From positions 1 to 50,313 of the forward strand of contig DASCRE010000069.1 in NCBI GenBank assembly GCA_034408645.1: DNA of 50,313 nucleotides, read 5' to 3'. The position numbers were made by a program, and so were the translations under genes. Position 1 is the stretch's first letter, and the number at the start of each line of letters is the position of its first letter. Positions 37,765 to 47,593 of this stretch are shown here, piece by piece. This DNA comes from Fidelibacterota bacterium (GTDB lineage Bacteria > Fidelibacterota > Marinisomatia > Marinisomatales > AB-629-J13). The notes beneath the pieces are model-generated. The model was not told the origin of the DNA, made no database searches, and saw only the letters and a program-made list of their open reading frames with translations.

Positions 37765-38913
37765 ATGAAGAGACTCTCCATTTTGGGCTCAACTGGATCA
37801 ATTGGTGTTAACACGTTAAATGTAGTACGAAACCTAGAAGAGAAAATTTTTATTAAATATCTTACGGCGAATTCGAATAGTGAATTGTTAATCAAACAGG
37901 CAATAGAATTTCGTCCTGAAACTGTCGTAATAGTGAATAAAGGAAAAGCCAATATAGTAAAAGAATCTGTAGAAAGATTTGGAATAGATGTTATGGTTGG
38001 GCGAGAAGGCCTTATAGAATGTGCTAAAGATTCAGATGTGGATATTCTGTTGAATGGGTTGGTGGGTTCAGCCGGTATGGAACCCACGTTTCAGGCCGTA
38101 AAATCTGGAGTGGATGTTGCATTAAGTAATAAAGAAAGCCTGGTAATGGCTGGTGAATTAATTAATCATGAAAAAGGAGTTTCTGGCTCAAAAATTATTC
38201 CGGTTGACAGTGAGCATTCTGCTATTTGGCAGTGCCTAACAGGTGAATCTATAAACGATGTAAGCCGATTAATTCTTACGGGGAGTGGCGGACCATTCCG
38301 AAATAAAAATAAAAATTATTTCGGTAAAATTACTCCTGAGGAAGCCCTAAATCATCCCAATTGGGAGATGGGGAATAAAATCACAATAGATTCAGCTACA
38401 ATGATGAACAAGGGACTGGAAATTATTGAGGCCCATTGGCTTTTTGATATGGAACCAAATGAGATTGACATCGTAGTACATCCTCAATCTATCATTCACT
38501 CAATGGTTGAATTCAAAGACCGATCAGTAAAAGCACAATTGGGAATTCCGGATATGAAAATTCCTATCCAGTATGCATTGACCTATCCAAAGCATATTGA
38601 TTCAGAGTGGGAATCCCTCGATCTTGCTTCCATAGGTTCTCTTACCTTTGAATATCCAGATTTTGACAAATTCCCCTGTATTAGGCTCGCGTATGATGCT
38701 TTAAAAACTGGTGGCTCAACCCCTGCTGTGTTAAATGTGGTAAATGAATATGCTGTGTATAAATTTTTAAATAATGAGATTAGCTTTACGGATATTCCCA
38801 AAATGATTGAGAAAGCTTGCGAAAGTCACAATTGGATAGAGCACCTTGATTTTGAGACTTTGCTTGAGCTGGAAACTTGGTCTATCAAATTTGTAAATTC
38901 ATTCCAATCATGA
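37765..38913 (+). CDS. dxr: 1-deoxy-D-xylulose 5-phosphate reductoisomerase
   Basis: It has ILGSTGSIG, LSNKESLV, VDSEHSAIWQC, NHPNWEMGNKITIDSATMMNKGLE and HPQSIIHSMVEF. Length is 382 aa. Confidence 0.95.
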   Translation: MKRLSILGSTGSIGVNTLNVVRNLEEKIFIKYLTANSNSELLIKQAIEFRPETVVIVNKGKANIVKESVERFGIDVMVGREGLIECAKDSDVDILLNGLVGSAGMEPTFQAVKSGVDVALSNKESLVMAGELINHEKGVSGSKIIPVDSEHSAIWQCLTGESINDVSRLILTGSGGPFRNKNKNYFGKITPEEALNHPNWEMGNKITIDSATMMNKGLEIIEAHWLFDMEPNEIDIVVHPQSIIHSMVEFKDRSVKAQLGIPDMKIPIQYALTYPKHIDSEWESLDLASIGSLTFEYPDFDKFPCIRLAYDALKTGGSTPAVLNVVNEYAVYKFLNNEISFTDIPKMIEKACESHNWIEHLDFETLLELETWSIKFVNSFQS

Positions 38914-38931
38914 TTATAATTAATAAATAAT

Positions 38932-40101
38932 ATGACGACACTTTTGGCTTTCATATTTGTAATTGGGGTGTTAGTCTTTGTTCATGAATTAGGGCATTAC
39001 CTTGCAGCACGCTCTGTCGGAATTAGAGTTGAAAAGTTTTCAGTTGGATTCCCACCAAGATTTTTTACGTTTACTTCGGAAGATGAAGGTTGGTTAATTC
39101 AAATGTATTTCTTTTCTCGATCATCGGTAGGGAAATGGGAGTGGCAGTCTGTTTGGGAGAAAAAAGTATTGGTATCGGGAAAAATAGGGACCGGCACTGA
39201 ATATTGTTTAGCATTATTTCCGTTAGGTGGCTATGTAAAAATGGCTGGGATAATCGATGAAAGCATGGATACAAGCATTACCAGTGCACCTGATGAATTT
39301 ATGAGTAAATCTATTTTGTCACAGATATTTGTCATGAGCGCAGGTGTGATCATGAATGTTCTTTTTGCATTTTTCGTTTATACAGCTCTCTCATATCATT
39401 TTGGCAAACCGGTTGAAAATCCTCCTACAATTATCTCTCAACTTGTAGATAAAATGCCTGCAAAAGAGGCAGGAATTCTTTCTGGTGACAAAATAATTTC
39501 TATCAATGGGGAACCGGTTGATAATTGGAATGACATGGCACTAAAAATACAAAGTATTCCTGTAAAAAAGATTATATTAGAGATTGACCGTGATGGGAAA
39601 CACCTCACTAAACAATTCACAACTTCATTCAGATTAGACAGAGCAGGTGTGGACACAGTGGGCTCAATTGGGATTTATCCGAAGATGCATTATATTGATG
39701 TTAATCTTTTACAGGCCGGAGTATCAGGATTCAATGGAACAGTGGAAGGTTTTCGTATAATTGTTTTGTCGATTAAAATGCTGATCACCGGTGAAGCATC
39801 TTTGAAGGAATTAGGGGGGCCTATAATGATTGCCCAATTAGCAGGAAAAACGGCAGAAGCTGGAATCCCTACACTACTGTCATTCATGGCACTTATTAGT
39901 ATTAATCTAGCATTTTTGAATATTCTTCCTATTCCCGGACTAGATGGGGGGCATATTTTTTTATCGATTATTCAGGTCATAATCCGCAAGCCGTTAAGCG
40001 TCAAAACGCGAACGATTTTTCAGCAGATTGGGATGGCGTTCCTTTTACTGCTCATGTTTATCGTTTTTTACAATGATATTGGTAGACTGTTCATAAACTG
40101 A
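38932..40101 (+). CDS. rseP: RIP site-2 metalloprotease RseP
   Basis: It has HELGHY near the N-terminus, LFPLGGYVKMAG, a PDZ-like segment (AKEAGILSGDKIISINGEPV) and NILPIPGLDGGH. Length is 389 aa. Confidence 0.9.
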   Translation: MTTLLAFIFVIGVLVFVHELGHYLAARSVGIRVEKFSVGFPPRFFTFTSEDEGWLIQMYFFSRSSVGKWEWQSVWEKKVLVSGKIGTGTEYCLALFPLGGYVKMAGIIDESMDTSITSAPDEFMSKSILSQIFVMSAGVIMNVLFAFFVYTALSYHFGKPVENPPTIISQLVDKMPAKEAGILSGDKIISINGEPVDNWNDMALKIQSIPVKKIILEIDRDGKHLTKQFTTSFRLDRAGVDTVGSIGIYPKMHYIDVNLLQAGVSGFNGTVEGFRIIVLSIKMLITGEASLKELGGPIMIAQLAGKTAEAGIPTLLSFMALISINLAFLNILPIPGLDGGHIFLSIIQVIIRKPLSVKTRTIFQQIGMAFLLLLMFIVFYNDIGRLFIN

Positions 40102-40822
40102 ACGACTTTAGTTTTAACTTCATTGTTCCATATTTTAGTTTTACCAAGATTTGTACTGGAATCCTTCGGGCATCATCGCTGAACCAAATAGTCATATCCC
40201 CTTCATTTTTCAGGAGGGTTTTCCCATTTTTGAATGGATTGATGACCAGACATTTAAATTTTCCCGCAGGACCAGACAGCGATTCCCTTTTGTCCACCCG
40301 TAGTTGAAAATCCGTGAATGAACCGTTATCAAAAGTGACCATATTTAGGGTTTCTCCAAGGATAAGGGGAATGGTTCTCAAATAATAAAATAGGGAATAG
40401 GGATCAAACACTGTCTCGGATATAGGTATGGAGTCATTATTTACGACCGCAAAAGAATCAGCATAAAAAAGTTTTGTACTAGATTTTTTTCTATAGTCTC
40501 CTTGTCTTATTGTCTTTATTTGGCGGTGAATAAATAGACCTTTTTCATCAATCCAGGAATCCACCTTGTCCCTGATCTTAAATAACCTATCACCAAGTGA
40601 ACCGGTACGCGCAGAATATTGAATATGAAATGAAGGGATATTGTCTACTGTATCCAGTGAAACAATTTTTAGTTTAGCTGTCCCAGCTGGAATAAAATTA
40701 AATTTAGCTGTATAATTAAAGGTTTCTCCAACCCTAAAAGGGAAACTATTCCCATGAACCTTTAGGGAAAAACAAATGAATATTACGATGATTAATAGTC
40801 CTGATTTATTTCCCCATTTCAT
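40091..40822 (-). CDS. DUF3108-like secreted protein
   Basis: Length is 243 aa. It has a signal peptide and the segment GETFNYTAKFNFIPAGTAKLKIV...ARTGSLGDRLFKIRDKVDSWID, a pattern reminiscent of DUF3108. There is an ATGA overlap with tsaC. Confidence 0.5.
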   Translation of the reverse strand: MKWGNKSGLLIIVIFICFSLKVHGNSFPFRVGETFNYTAKFNFIPAGTAKLKIVSLDTVDNIPSFHIQYSARTGSLGDRLFKIRDKVDSWIDEKGLFIHRQIKTIRQGDYRKKSSTKLFYADSFAVVNNDSIPISETVFDPYSLFYYLRTIPLILGETLNMVTFDNGSFTDFQLRVDKRESLSGPAGKFKCLVINPFKNGKTLLKNEGDMTIWFSDDARRIPVQILVKLKYGTMKLKLKSFSL

Positions 40823-41391
40823 CTAATTTTCCTCAATTTTTTATCGATAAGTTTATAAATAGTTGATCCATGTGAAGGAGGAAGAGGGCCATCATCTACC
40901 ATCAAATCAATTTTATCTTCAAATTGTTTCATGATATCATCAGGATCATTTAATGGTGGGTGCCCGGTATGATTGACGCTGGTAGTTGTGATAGGGTGAT
41001 TTAGCCTATGAACAAGATTTTTCCCAAAATAATGACCCGGCATTCGGATTCCTATCGAATGGTTTGGTCCATAAATTTCAGGGCACAGGGCTCTCTTCTT
41101 GGCAGGAACAATGATAGTGTTTGTTCCACCAAGATTTTTAGATAGAATGATCTTTTCTTCTTCAGATAAGTTAGAGATTTCAAATGCCATGGTAATATTG
41201 CTGACTAAAACACTTATGGGCCCACGACGTTTTTTAATATTATAAATTTTATTGATGACGGTGCTATTGGTGGCATCTCCACCAAATCCGTATAAAGTGT
41301 CTGTGGGATACACGATTATTCCACCTGATTTTATGGTTTTTTCAGCTAATGAATTGACATCCGTAGATTGTGAGGAAATTCGCTGACTCAT
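40819..41391 (-). CDS. tsaC: L-threonylcarbamoyladenylate synthase (TsaC/YrdC family)
   Basis: It has GGIIVYPTDTLYGFGGDA and the YrdC fold pattern. I prefer the ATG at 41391, which forms an ATGA overlap with the upstream stop and gives MSQRISS..., over the track start at 41427. Confidence 0.85.
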   Translation of the reverse strand: MSQRISSQSTDVNSLAEKTIKSGGIIVYPTDTLYGFGGDATNSTVINKIYNIKKRRGPISVLVSNITMAFEISNLSEEEKIILSKNLGGTNTIIVPAKKRALCPEIYGPNHSIGIRMPGHYFGKNLVHRLNHPITTTSVNHTGHPPLNDPDDIMKQFEDKIDLMVDDGPLPPSHGSTIYKLIDKKLRKIR

Positions 41392-42251
41392 TTGCCTGGT
41401 GGAGGCGTTTTCCATCGGTTGTGCCACCAGAAATATTGTTCGGGATGGATGCGAATCTCATTTTCTAGTAGTTGGGTATATGCTTGGGTGAATGTCTCAG
41501 TATCTGACCAAGATTCTTTGGGGATATCCTTAAGTTTAATAAGAAATTGATTATGTCCTTCTTTACTGCATACACCAAATATAGGGATGGAGCCTTTATG
41601 TTGATAAAATCGTGCGGCTCCTTTTGGGGTTGAAGAAAGGATATTAAAAAAATGTACAAACGCACCTCTGTTTTTTGCATCCTGGTCGCTTATTAATCCC
41701 AAAATACCACCATCATCCAAAACCTTGTTCATTTTTTCTAAAGAATCTTTTCTAAAAATGTGTTTAATCCCACTCCATTCTCTCTTTTTTCTAAAAAACT
41801 GGTGGGCCCCTTTATTTTTTTGTTTTTGCGCAACCCCCGTAAGAGGATAATTTTGTTTTCCTAGCCAGGCAATGTTACATTCCCAAAATCCAAAATGCCC
41901 TGTTATGTATAGCACTCCTTTTTTTTGTTTTAATGCATCATTAATTAAATTTTTATTTTCTACTTTAATATTTGTTTGACCATAGGATTCTGGGAATCCA
42001 AAAAAAAGCAGAAACTGTTCCATAAAAAAAGAATAGGATTTTTTAAGAATTTGAGTTTTCCATCGAGCAGATTTATTGGGAAAAGCTCTATCTATATTTT
42101 TTAATGCCAGATATTTTCTTGTTGGAATATTCCGGTAGGCAACCCCCCCCCATTTTTGTGCCAAAACTACCCTTCTATGTGCATTTAATCTACATGCGAA
42201 ACGGGAAAGGCAATCAAGAAAAAAAATCAATATTCGTTCATTTAGTTTCAT
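41388..42251 (-). CDS. Lipid A biosynthesis (Kdo)2-lipid IVA acyltransferase, LpxL/HtrB family
   Basis: Length is 287 aa. It has the H-x4-E acyltransferase box in ITGHFGFWECN, LISDQDA, and C-terminal PEQYFWWHNRWK, typical of this family. Confidence 0.8.
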   Translation of the reverse strand: MKLNERILIFFLDCLSRFACRLNAHRRVVLAQKWGGVAYRNIPTRKYLALKNIDRAFPNKSARWKTQILKKSYSFFMEQFLLFFGFPESYGQTNIKVENKNLINDALKQKKGVLYITGHFGFWECNIAWLGKQNYPLTGVAQKQKNKGAHQFFRKKREWSGIKHIFRKDSLEKMNKVLDDGGILGLISDQDAKNRGAFVHFFNILSSTPKGAARFYQHKGSIPIFGVCSKEGHNQFLIKLKDIPKESWSDTETFTQAYTQLLENEIRIHPEQYFWWHNRWKTPPPGK

Positions 42252-42321
42252 TGTGGTGTCGTAAATTGTTAGAATCTAAGTTAAATTCCTTCATTGTAAT
42301 ATTTCTTTTAAGAACGACTTT

Positions 42322-43683
42322 ATGTATATCAAATTTGTAAAATATTTTCTTTCAATTTTCGCAATGGTATCAGTTTCTATTGCCAAAGTAGTATATGTTG
42401 TTCCTATTCAGGGGACGATTGACCTGGGCCTGCCACCGTTTATTGAACGAGTAATTTCTACTGCAGAAAATAATAATGCGGACGGTGTTATTTTTGATAT
42501 AGACACATTCGGTGGTCGTGTAGATGCGGCCACACAAATAAAAGATGCTCTTCTCGGTGCAAATTTAATGACGGTTGCATTTGTTAACCGCCGTGCAATT
42601 TCTGCTGGAGCATTGATATCTCTTTCCTGTGAAAAAATATTTATGACCGGAGGTGGCACAATTGGAGCAGCAACAGCGGTGGATATGTCTGGGAAAAAAG
42701 GTTCTGAGAAAGTTATAAGTTATATGAGAGAAGAGATGGCATCTACTGCTGAAAAAAGAGAAAGAAATGTAGACATTGCTAAAGGGATGGTAGATGAAGA
42801 TCTATCTTTTACCCATTTAGTTGTGGAGGGTGATTCCATTACTGTTGATGATCTGGAAGGCAGGAAAGAAGGGAAACTCATTACCCTCACTACAGAACAG
42901 GCTATTAAATATAATATGGCAGATGGTGAAGTTGAGACACTGGAAGGAGTATTAAAAACACTTGATTTAGAAGATGCGGAAATAAGAAATGCATCTATAA
43001 ATTGGTCCGAAAATATTGTACGTTTTTTAACTGATCCTGTGGTAGCATCATTGCTCATGACATTTGGTTTTTTGGGGATTCTTTTTGAGCTTCAAAGCCC
43101 GGGATGGGGAATCCCCGGCACATTTGGTGCCATTTGCCTCGTACTATCATTGGGGGCATCCACCATTGCGGAGCTTGGAACAATGACTGATTTACTGATT
43201 ATTATTGTAGGTTTGACCCTACTGTTTATTGAAGGATTTTTTATTCCTGGCTTTGGGATTGCGGGCATTTCGGGAATTGTGGTTTTGTTATGGGGGCTTT
43301 ATGAACTGTTAATTCCAGATATACCGGTTTCTCATGATATCTATTCTCGTGCATTGGATGGCCTTACCATTGGTATTTTGGGAGGAATAGTTGGTCTGGT
43401 TTTACTTTTTAGGTTAATGATCAAAACCAAGTTTTGGAACAAGCTCACCTCTCCCGGAGTGGAAAGCAAAAAGGCCGGATATACAATTTCCATGGGTCTA
43501 GAAGATTGTGTGGGAAAATCAGGAAAAACTGTTACAGACCTGCGTCCTTCAGGGTGGATAAATATAGAAAATCAAAAAATATTTGCAGTGACAGAAGGTG
43601 AATTTGTAGAAAAAGATCAACCGGTAAGAATTTTATCTGTGGATGGAAACCGGGTGGTTGTCAGAGTTAAATTAAATGAATAA
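42322..43683 (+). CDS. NfeD-family membrane-bound ClpP-class serine protease
   Basis: Length is 453 aa. It has a signal/TM, a ClpP-like domain (VVPIQGTID...DIDTFGGRVDAA...AISAGALI), multiple TMs, and a C-terminal NfeD OB domain (GKTVTDLRPSGWINIENQKIFAVTEGEF). Confidence 0.85.
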   Translation: MYIKFVKYFLSIFAMVSVSIAKVVYVVPIQGTIDLGLPPFIERVISTAENNNADGVIFDIDTFGGRVDAATQIKDALLGANLMTVAFVNRRAISAGALISLSCEKIFMTGGGTIGAATAVDMSGKKGSEKVISYMREEMASTAEKRERNVDIAKGMVDEDLSFTHLVVEGDSITVDDLEGRKEGKLITLTTEQAIKYNMADGEVETLEGVLKTLDLEDAEIRNASINWSENIVRFLTDPVVASLLMTFGFLGILFELQSPGWGIPGTFGAICLVLSLGASTIAELGTMTDLLIIIVGLTLLFIEGFFIPGFGIAGISGIVVLLWGLYELLIPDIPVSHDIYSRALDGLTIGILGGIVGLVLLFRLMIKTKFWNKLTSPGVESKKAGYTISMGLEDCVGKSGKTVTDLRPSGWINIENQKIFAVTEGEFVEKDQPVRILSVDGNRVVVRVKLNE

Positions 43684-43695
43684 TAGGAGTTTATC

Positions 43696-44706
43696 ATGGT
43701 TTCATATGTAATGCTTGTTTCGATAGTTTTATTTGTTTTCATAATTTTTTATTTTGTTCCTTTAGGGCTTTGGGTTCAGTCTGTTGTTAGTCTTGGTTTA
43801 GGTCGTATTACTATCATTGATCTTATCCGTATGCGGTTACGAAAAATACCTCCCCGTCTTGTTGTCGATGGAATTATCAATCTTCACAAAGCTGGATTGG
43901 AACATATTTCTACCAGCATGCTGGAGACACATTATCTTGCGGGAGGGGACGTTGCAAATGTAACATTTTCAATGATTGCAGCGAATAAGGCAAATATCCC
44001 ACTGGAATTTGAAACCTCCACAGCTATTGACCTAGCAGGTCGTGATATCAAAACCGCTGTTGAAACATCTGTATATCCAAAAGTGATTGATGCCCCAGCT
44101 TCTGGTACACTGGCAGCAGTTGCTAAAGATGGTATCGAAGTTAAAGCTCGCGCACGTGTTACAGTGCGAACCAATATCCCCGGTCTTGTTGGAGGGGCCA
44201 CTGATGAAACAATTATTGCCAGAGTCGGTGAGGGGATTGTTAGTGCAATTGGGTCGTCTGACTCATACAAAAATGTACTTGAAAATCCAGATTCGATATC
44301 AAAGTTTGTGCTGGGGAAAGGGCTGGATGCAGGGACTGCTTTTGAAATATTAAGTATTGATATTGCGGATGTGGATTTGGGGAAAAATATAGGCGCACAT
44401 TTACAGGCAGATCAGGCAGAGGCAGACCTTCGTGTGGCTCAGGCACGGGCAGAGACTCGTCGAGCTATGGCAGTTGCAGAGGAACAAGAAATGAAAGCAA
44501 GAACACAGGAAATGCGTGCCAAGGTGGTTTCATCTGAGGCAGAAGTCCCACTAGCAATGTCACAGGCTTTTCGCGAAGGGAAGTTGGGGGTTTTTGATTA
44601 TGTGAATATGCGTAACATTCAATCTGATACAGATATGCGGGAATCAATATCGGGTAATAAAGATATAAAATCTACAGAAGCCCCAGAGTCGAGGGATAAC
44701 GATTAG
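43696..44706 (+). CDS. floA: Flotillin-like protein FloA (SPFH domain, UPF0365/YqfA family)
   Basis: Length is 336 aa. It has [33 protein letters not shown], an N-terminus typical of FloA, followed by an SPFH core and an Ala/Glu-rich coiled coil. Confidence 0.85.
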   Translation: MVSYVMLVSIVLFVFIIFYFVPLGLWVQSVVSLGLGRITIIDLIRMRLRKIPPRLVVDGIINLHKAGLEHISTSMLETHYLAGGDVANVTFSMIAANKANIPLEFETSTAIDLAGRDIKTAVETSVYPKVIDAPASGTLAAVAKDGIEVKARARVTVRTNIPGLVGGATDETIIARVGEGIVSAIGSSDSYKNVLENPDSISKFVLGKGLDAGTAFEILSIDIADVDLGKNIGAHLQADQAEADLRVAQARAETRRAMAVAEEQEMKARTQEMRAKVVSSEAEVPLAMSQAFREGKLGVFDYVNMRNIQSDTDMRESISGNKDIKSTEAPESRDND

Positions 44707-45207
44707 ATGGATGGTATTGGATATTGGTTAATAATTGCAGCGTTTTACCTGCTGTCATCGTTGATGAAACAACGAAAACAGAAAGCTGCTCGTCAAGCGT
44801 TGGAACAGGAAGACGTGATTTCAGATTCTGAAAAAGATACCCCCCCTACTCAACCAGAATTTTTACAAAATCTGTTTGGTGATTTTTGGAATGTGGTTGA
44901 AGAAATTGGAAAAGAAGAGAATAAAACTGAGGATGATTTTCCTGTTATTGAATCAGATGAACAGATGGAACCTGAAACGGAACCAATTATTATTGAGCCA
45001 GATTCCGATAAACTTGAGAAATCTGATTTTACACATCTTCCAGAAAAAACTCGAGAATTAACTTACACGGGATCGCGATATTGGCAGAAAAAAACTAGAA
45101 TAGTTCAAAACCATTTTAGTACAGTGTTAAAAAATGATTTTAAAACTGCTTTTGTGCTTAAAGAAATTTTGGATAAACCGAGGGCAATGAAAAGAACAAT
45201 TCGTTAG
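44707..45207 (+). CDS. Hypothetical single-pass membrane protein with an acidic linker
   Basis: Length is 166 aa. It has an N-terminal TM (YWLIIAAFYLLSSL), a highly acidic middle, and a C-terminal AFVLKEILDKPRA motif. Its ATG directly abuts the floA stop. Confidence 0.5.
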   Translation: MDGIGYWLIIAAFYLLSSLMKQRKQKAARQALEQEDVISDSEKDTPPTQPEFLQNLFGDFWNVVEEIGKEENKTEDDFPVIESDEQMEPETEPIIIEPDSDKLEKSDFTHLPEKTRELTYTGSRYWQKKTRIVQNHFSTVLKNDFKTAFVLKEILDKPRAMKRTIR

Positions 45208-45797
45208 ACCAGTCGGTCAAATATTTTTTTTACCTGTGATTTAAGGTCTTTTTCTGTTGTATCATTGTGGATAACAAAATCTGCCATTCGTACTTTTGTT
45301 TCGCAAGGCCACTGCAAATCAATTCGTCTTAAAATGTCTTCCCTAGGGAGATTTCTTTTTTTAAGGGCTCTTTCCATACGAATAGATAGCTTCGCTGTTA
45401 CAACAATAATGTAGTCTAGGTGGTTATCTAGTCCGGATTCATAAATCAATGCACCGTCCACCATAAAAAAAGATACTTTACTCTTGGTAGATATCTTTTG
45501 GTAATCCTCATCTATTTTTTCAAATATATGAGGATGAATTATAGAGTTCAAAGTGCTTTGATGGTATTCATCTTGAAAACTTATATTAGCCAATTTTCCT
45601 CGGTTTATTTTCCCGGTATTGTCCAATATATCCGATCCAAATTCAGCCATTAAGTCATTTTGGATTATAGCTGAGGAGTCCAAGAGCTGTTTAGCTTCTC
45701 TGTCTGCATCAAAAATATGTACTCCCAGTTCTTTAAATGTTTTTGCTGCAGCACTTTTCCCGACACCCATTCCACCAGTGATCCCAGTTTTCAGCAT
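45204..45797 (-). CDS. coaE: Dephospho-CoA kinase
   Basis: It has the P-loop GITGGMGVGKS. Length is 197 aa. It overlaps the adk end by 7 nt. Confidence 0.9.
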   Translation of the reverse strand: MLKTGITGGMGVGKSAAAKTFKELGVHIFDADREAKQLLDSSAIIQNDLMAEFGSDILDNTGKINRGKLANISFQDEYHQSTLNSIIHPHIFEKIDEDYQKISTKSKVSFFMVDGALIYESGLDNHLDYIIVVTAKLSIRMERALKKRNLPREDILRRIDLQWPCETKVRMADFVIHNDTTEKDLKSQVKKIFDRLV

Positions 45798-46360
45798 GAA
45801 TATTTCAACGCCTTAATTATATTTTCTGTTATTTCAGGGATCCCTCCAATTCCATTTATATCCTTAACTAAATCCATTTTTTTATAGTATTTTAGGAGAG
45901 GAGCTGTCTGTTCCCAGTATATAGTTTGTCTCCGTTGAATCACCTCAGGTGTATCATCACTTCTACCGGAATCAAGCCCTCTAAGGACTAATCTGTTCAC
46001 CAATTCCTTTTCATCAGCTGTGAGACTAATAACTGCATTTAGTTGATGGTGGATAAGCTCTAATATGTGGTCAAGCCCTTCAGCTTGGGGGATGGTCCGG
46101 GGAAACCCATCTAAAAGATAGCCCGAAGAACAATCTTTTTCCGTAAGACGATGTTCCATCATTTTTAGAAGAATATTATCTGGAACCAGCTTCCCGGCAT
46201 CCATGAAAACTTGAGCCTCTTTCCCGATAGCAGATCTAGACTCAATTTCGCATCTCAAAATATCTCCGGTAGACAGGTGAATAATATTAAAATATTCTTT
46301 AAGCTGTTTGGCTTGAGTCCCTTTTCCTACCCCCGGAGGGCCTAAAAGAATAAGTCTCAT
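45791..46360 (-). CDS. adk: Adenylate kinase (short lid type)
   Basis: It has MRLILLGPPGVGKGTQA, GYLLDGFPRT and RSDD. Length is 189 aa. Confidence 0.95.
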   Translation of the reverse strand: MRLILLGPPGVGKGTQAKQLKEYFNIIHLSTGDILRCEIESRSAIGKEAQVFMDAGKLVPDNILLKMMEHRLTEKDCSSGYLLDGFPRTIPQAEGLDHILELIHHQLNAVISLTADEKELVNRLVLRGLDSGRSDDTPEVIQRRQTIYWEQTAPLLKYYKKMDLVKDINGIGGIPEITENIIKALKYSC

Positions 46361-46372
46361 TTTTGTAGTTAT

Positions 46373-47593
46373 TTAAATAAGTATTCCAGCAATTGTTGCA
46401 GTAAGCCACGACGCCAGAGCTCCACCAATCATCGCTTTTAGAGCAAGTTTTGCCAAATCTTTCCTGCGCTTTGGAGCAATACCACCTATACCACCTAACT
46501 GAATTCCAATGGAACCAAAATTTGCAAAACCACACAATGCATAACTAGCAATAATTGCTGTACGTTCTGAAATTGCCGCCTCCAATCTTAAATCTCTCAG
46601 ATTACTGTAAGCAATTAATTCCGTAAAAATTAATTTTTCTCCCATAAGAGTTCCCATAACCCCAGCTTCATCCCACGGTACACCCATTGTCCATGCTAAA
46701 GGTTTGAAAAAAAATCCGAAAATCATTTCAAGTGACAGACCTGCAAATCCCAACATATAGTTGACCAATGCAATAGCAGAAACAAAAGCCACAATCATTG
46801 CAGCTACGTTCGCTGCTAATTTCATTCCGTCAGTTGCTCCACGAGATAGGGCCTCTAACGCATTATCATCTGTTTTTGGTATTGTTATTTTAATTTCACC
46901 CATTGTTTCCGATTCTTCAGTTTCGGGAAGGATAATTTTGGCAATGACCATTGCCGCGGGAGCACTCATGATGGAGGCAGCCAATAAATGTCCTGCAATA
47001 CCCGGGATATCACCAAGCATAGTGACATAAATTGCCATTATACCTCCAGCAATAGTAGAAAACCCTCCAGTCATCACCGCCATAAGTTCCGAGCGAGTCA
47101 TGGAATTAATAAAAGGTCTCACCATAAGGGGTGCTTCCGTTTGCCCTACAAAAATATTTGCGGATACACTTAGCGTTTCTGACCCGCTGGTGCCCATAGT
47201 TTTTTGCATGATACGGGCAATCCATTTCACAGTAAATTGAATTACCCCAAAATGATACATCACCGCCATCAAAGCGGAGAAAAATATAATGGTAGGCAGG
47301 GCACGAAAAGCAAAATTAACTAATGCTGGGTGATATCCTACATCCGTAATAAAAGATTTGAAAAGGAAATCACTTCCAGCATCAGAAAAACCAATCAATT
47401 TCTTGATTGCCTTATCAAAAAACCCAAAAAAAGGTGGCCCTATTGGTGTTTTTAAAATAATCAGTGCAAGCAAAAGTTGTAGCCCCAATCCCCACCCTAC
47501 AATTCTCATGTTTATTATTCGTTTGTTGTTGGACAAAATATATGCCACAGAAAGAAGAACAATAATTCCTAATAATCCAGTAAATTGAGTCAC
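46373..47593 (-). CDS. nupC: NupC/CNT-family nucleoside transporter
   Basis: It is a multi-TM protein with FVGQTEAPL and a GF(A/S)N-type C-terminal region (LCGFANFGSIGIQ). I prefer the GTG at 47593, which forms a GTGA overlap with the tdk stop. The track start ATG at 47629 would overlap tdk by 40 nt. Confidence 0.85.
   Translation of the reverse strand: MTQFTGLLGIIVLLSVAYILSNNKRIINMRIVGWGLGLQLLLALIILKTPIGPPFFGFFDKAIKKLIGFSDAGSDFLFKSFITDVGYHPALVNFAFRALPTIIFFSALMAVMYHFGVIQFTVKWIARIMQKTMGTSGSETLSVSANIFVGQTEAPLMVRPFINSMTRSELMAVMTGGFSTIAGGIMAIYVTMLGDIPGIAGHLLAASIMSAPAAMVIAKIILPETEESETMGEIKITIPKTDDNALEALSRGATDGMKLAANVAAMIVAFVSAIALVNYMLGFAGLSLEMIFGFFFKPLAWTMGVPWDEAGVMGTLMGEKLIFTELIAYSNLRDLRLEAAISERTAIIASYALCGFANFGSIGIQLGGIGGIAPKRRKDLAKLALKAMIGGALASWLTATIAGILI

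Noticed and set aside
41388-41427. 40-nt gene overlaps (lpxL-like/tsaC, and tdk/nupC at 47590..47629) as unusual overlapping coding
   Set aside because: In both cases an in-frame downstream start (ATG at 41391, GTG at 47593) gives a classic 4-nt stop-start overlap and a normal-length N-terminus. The long overlaps are probably longest-ORF artefacts.
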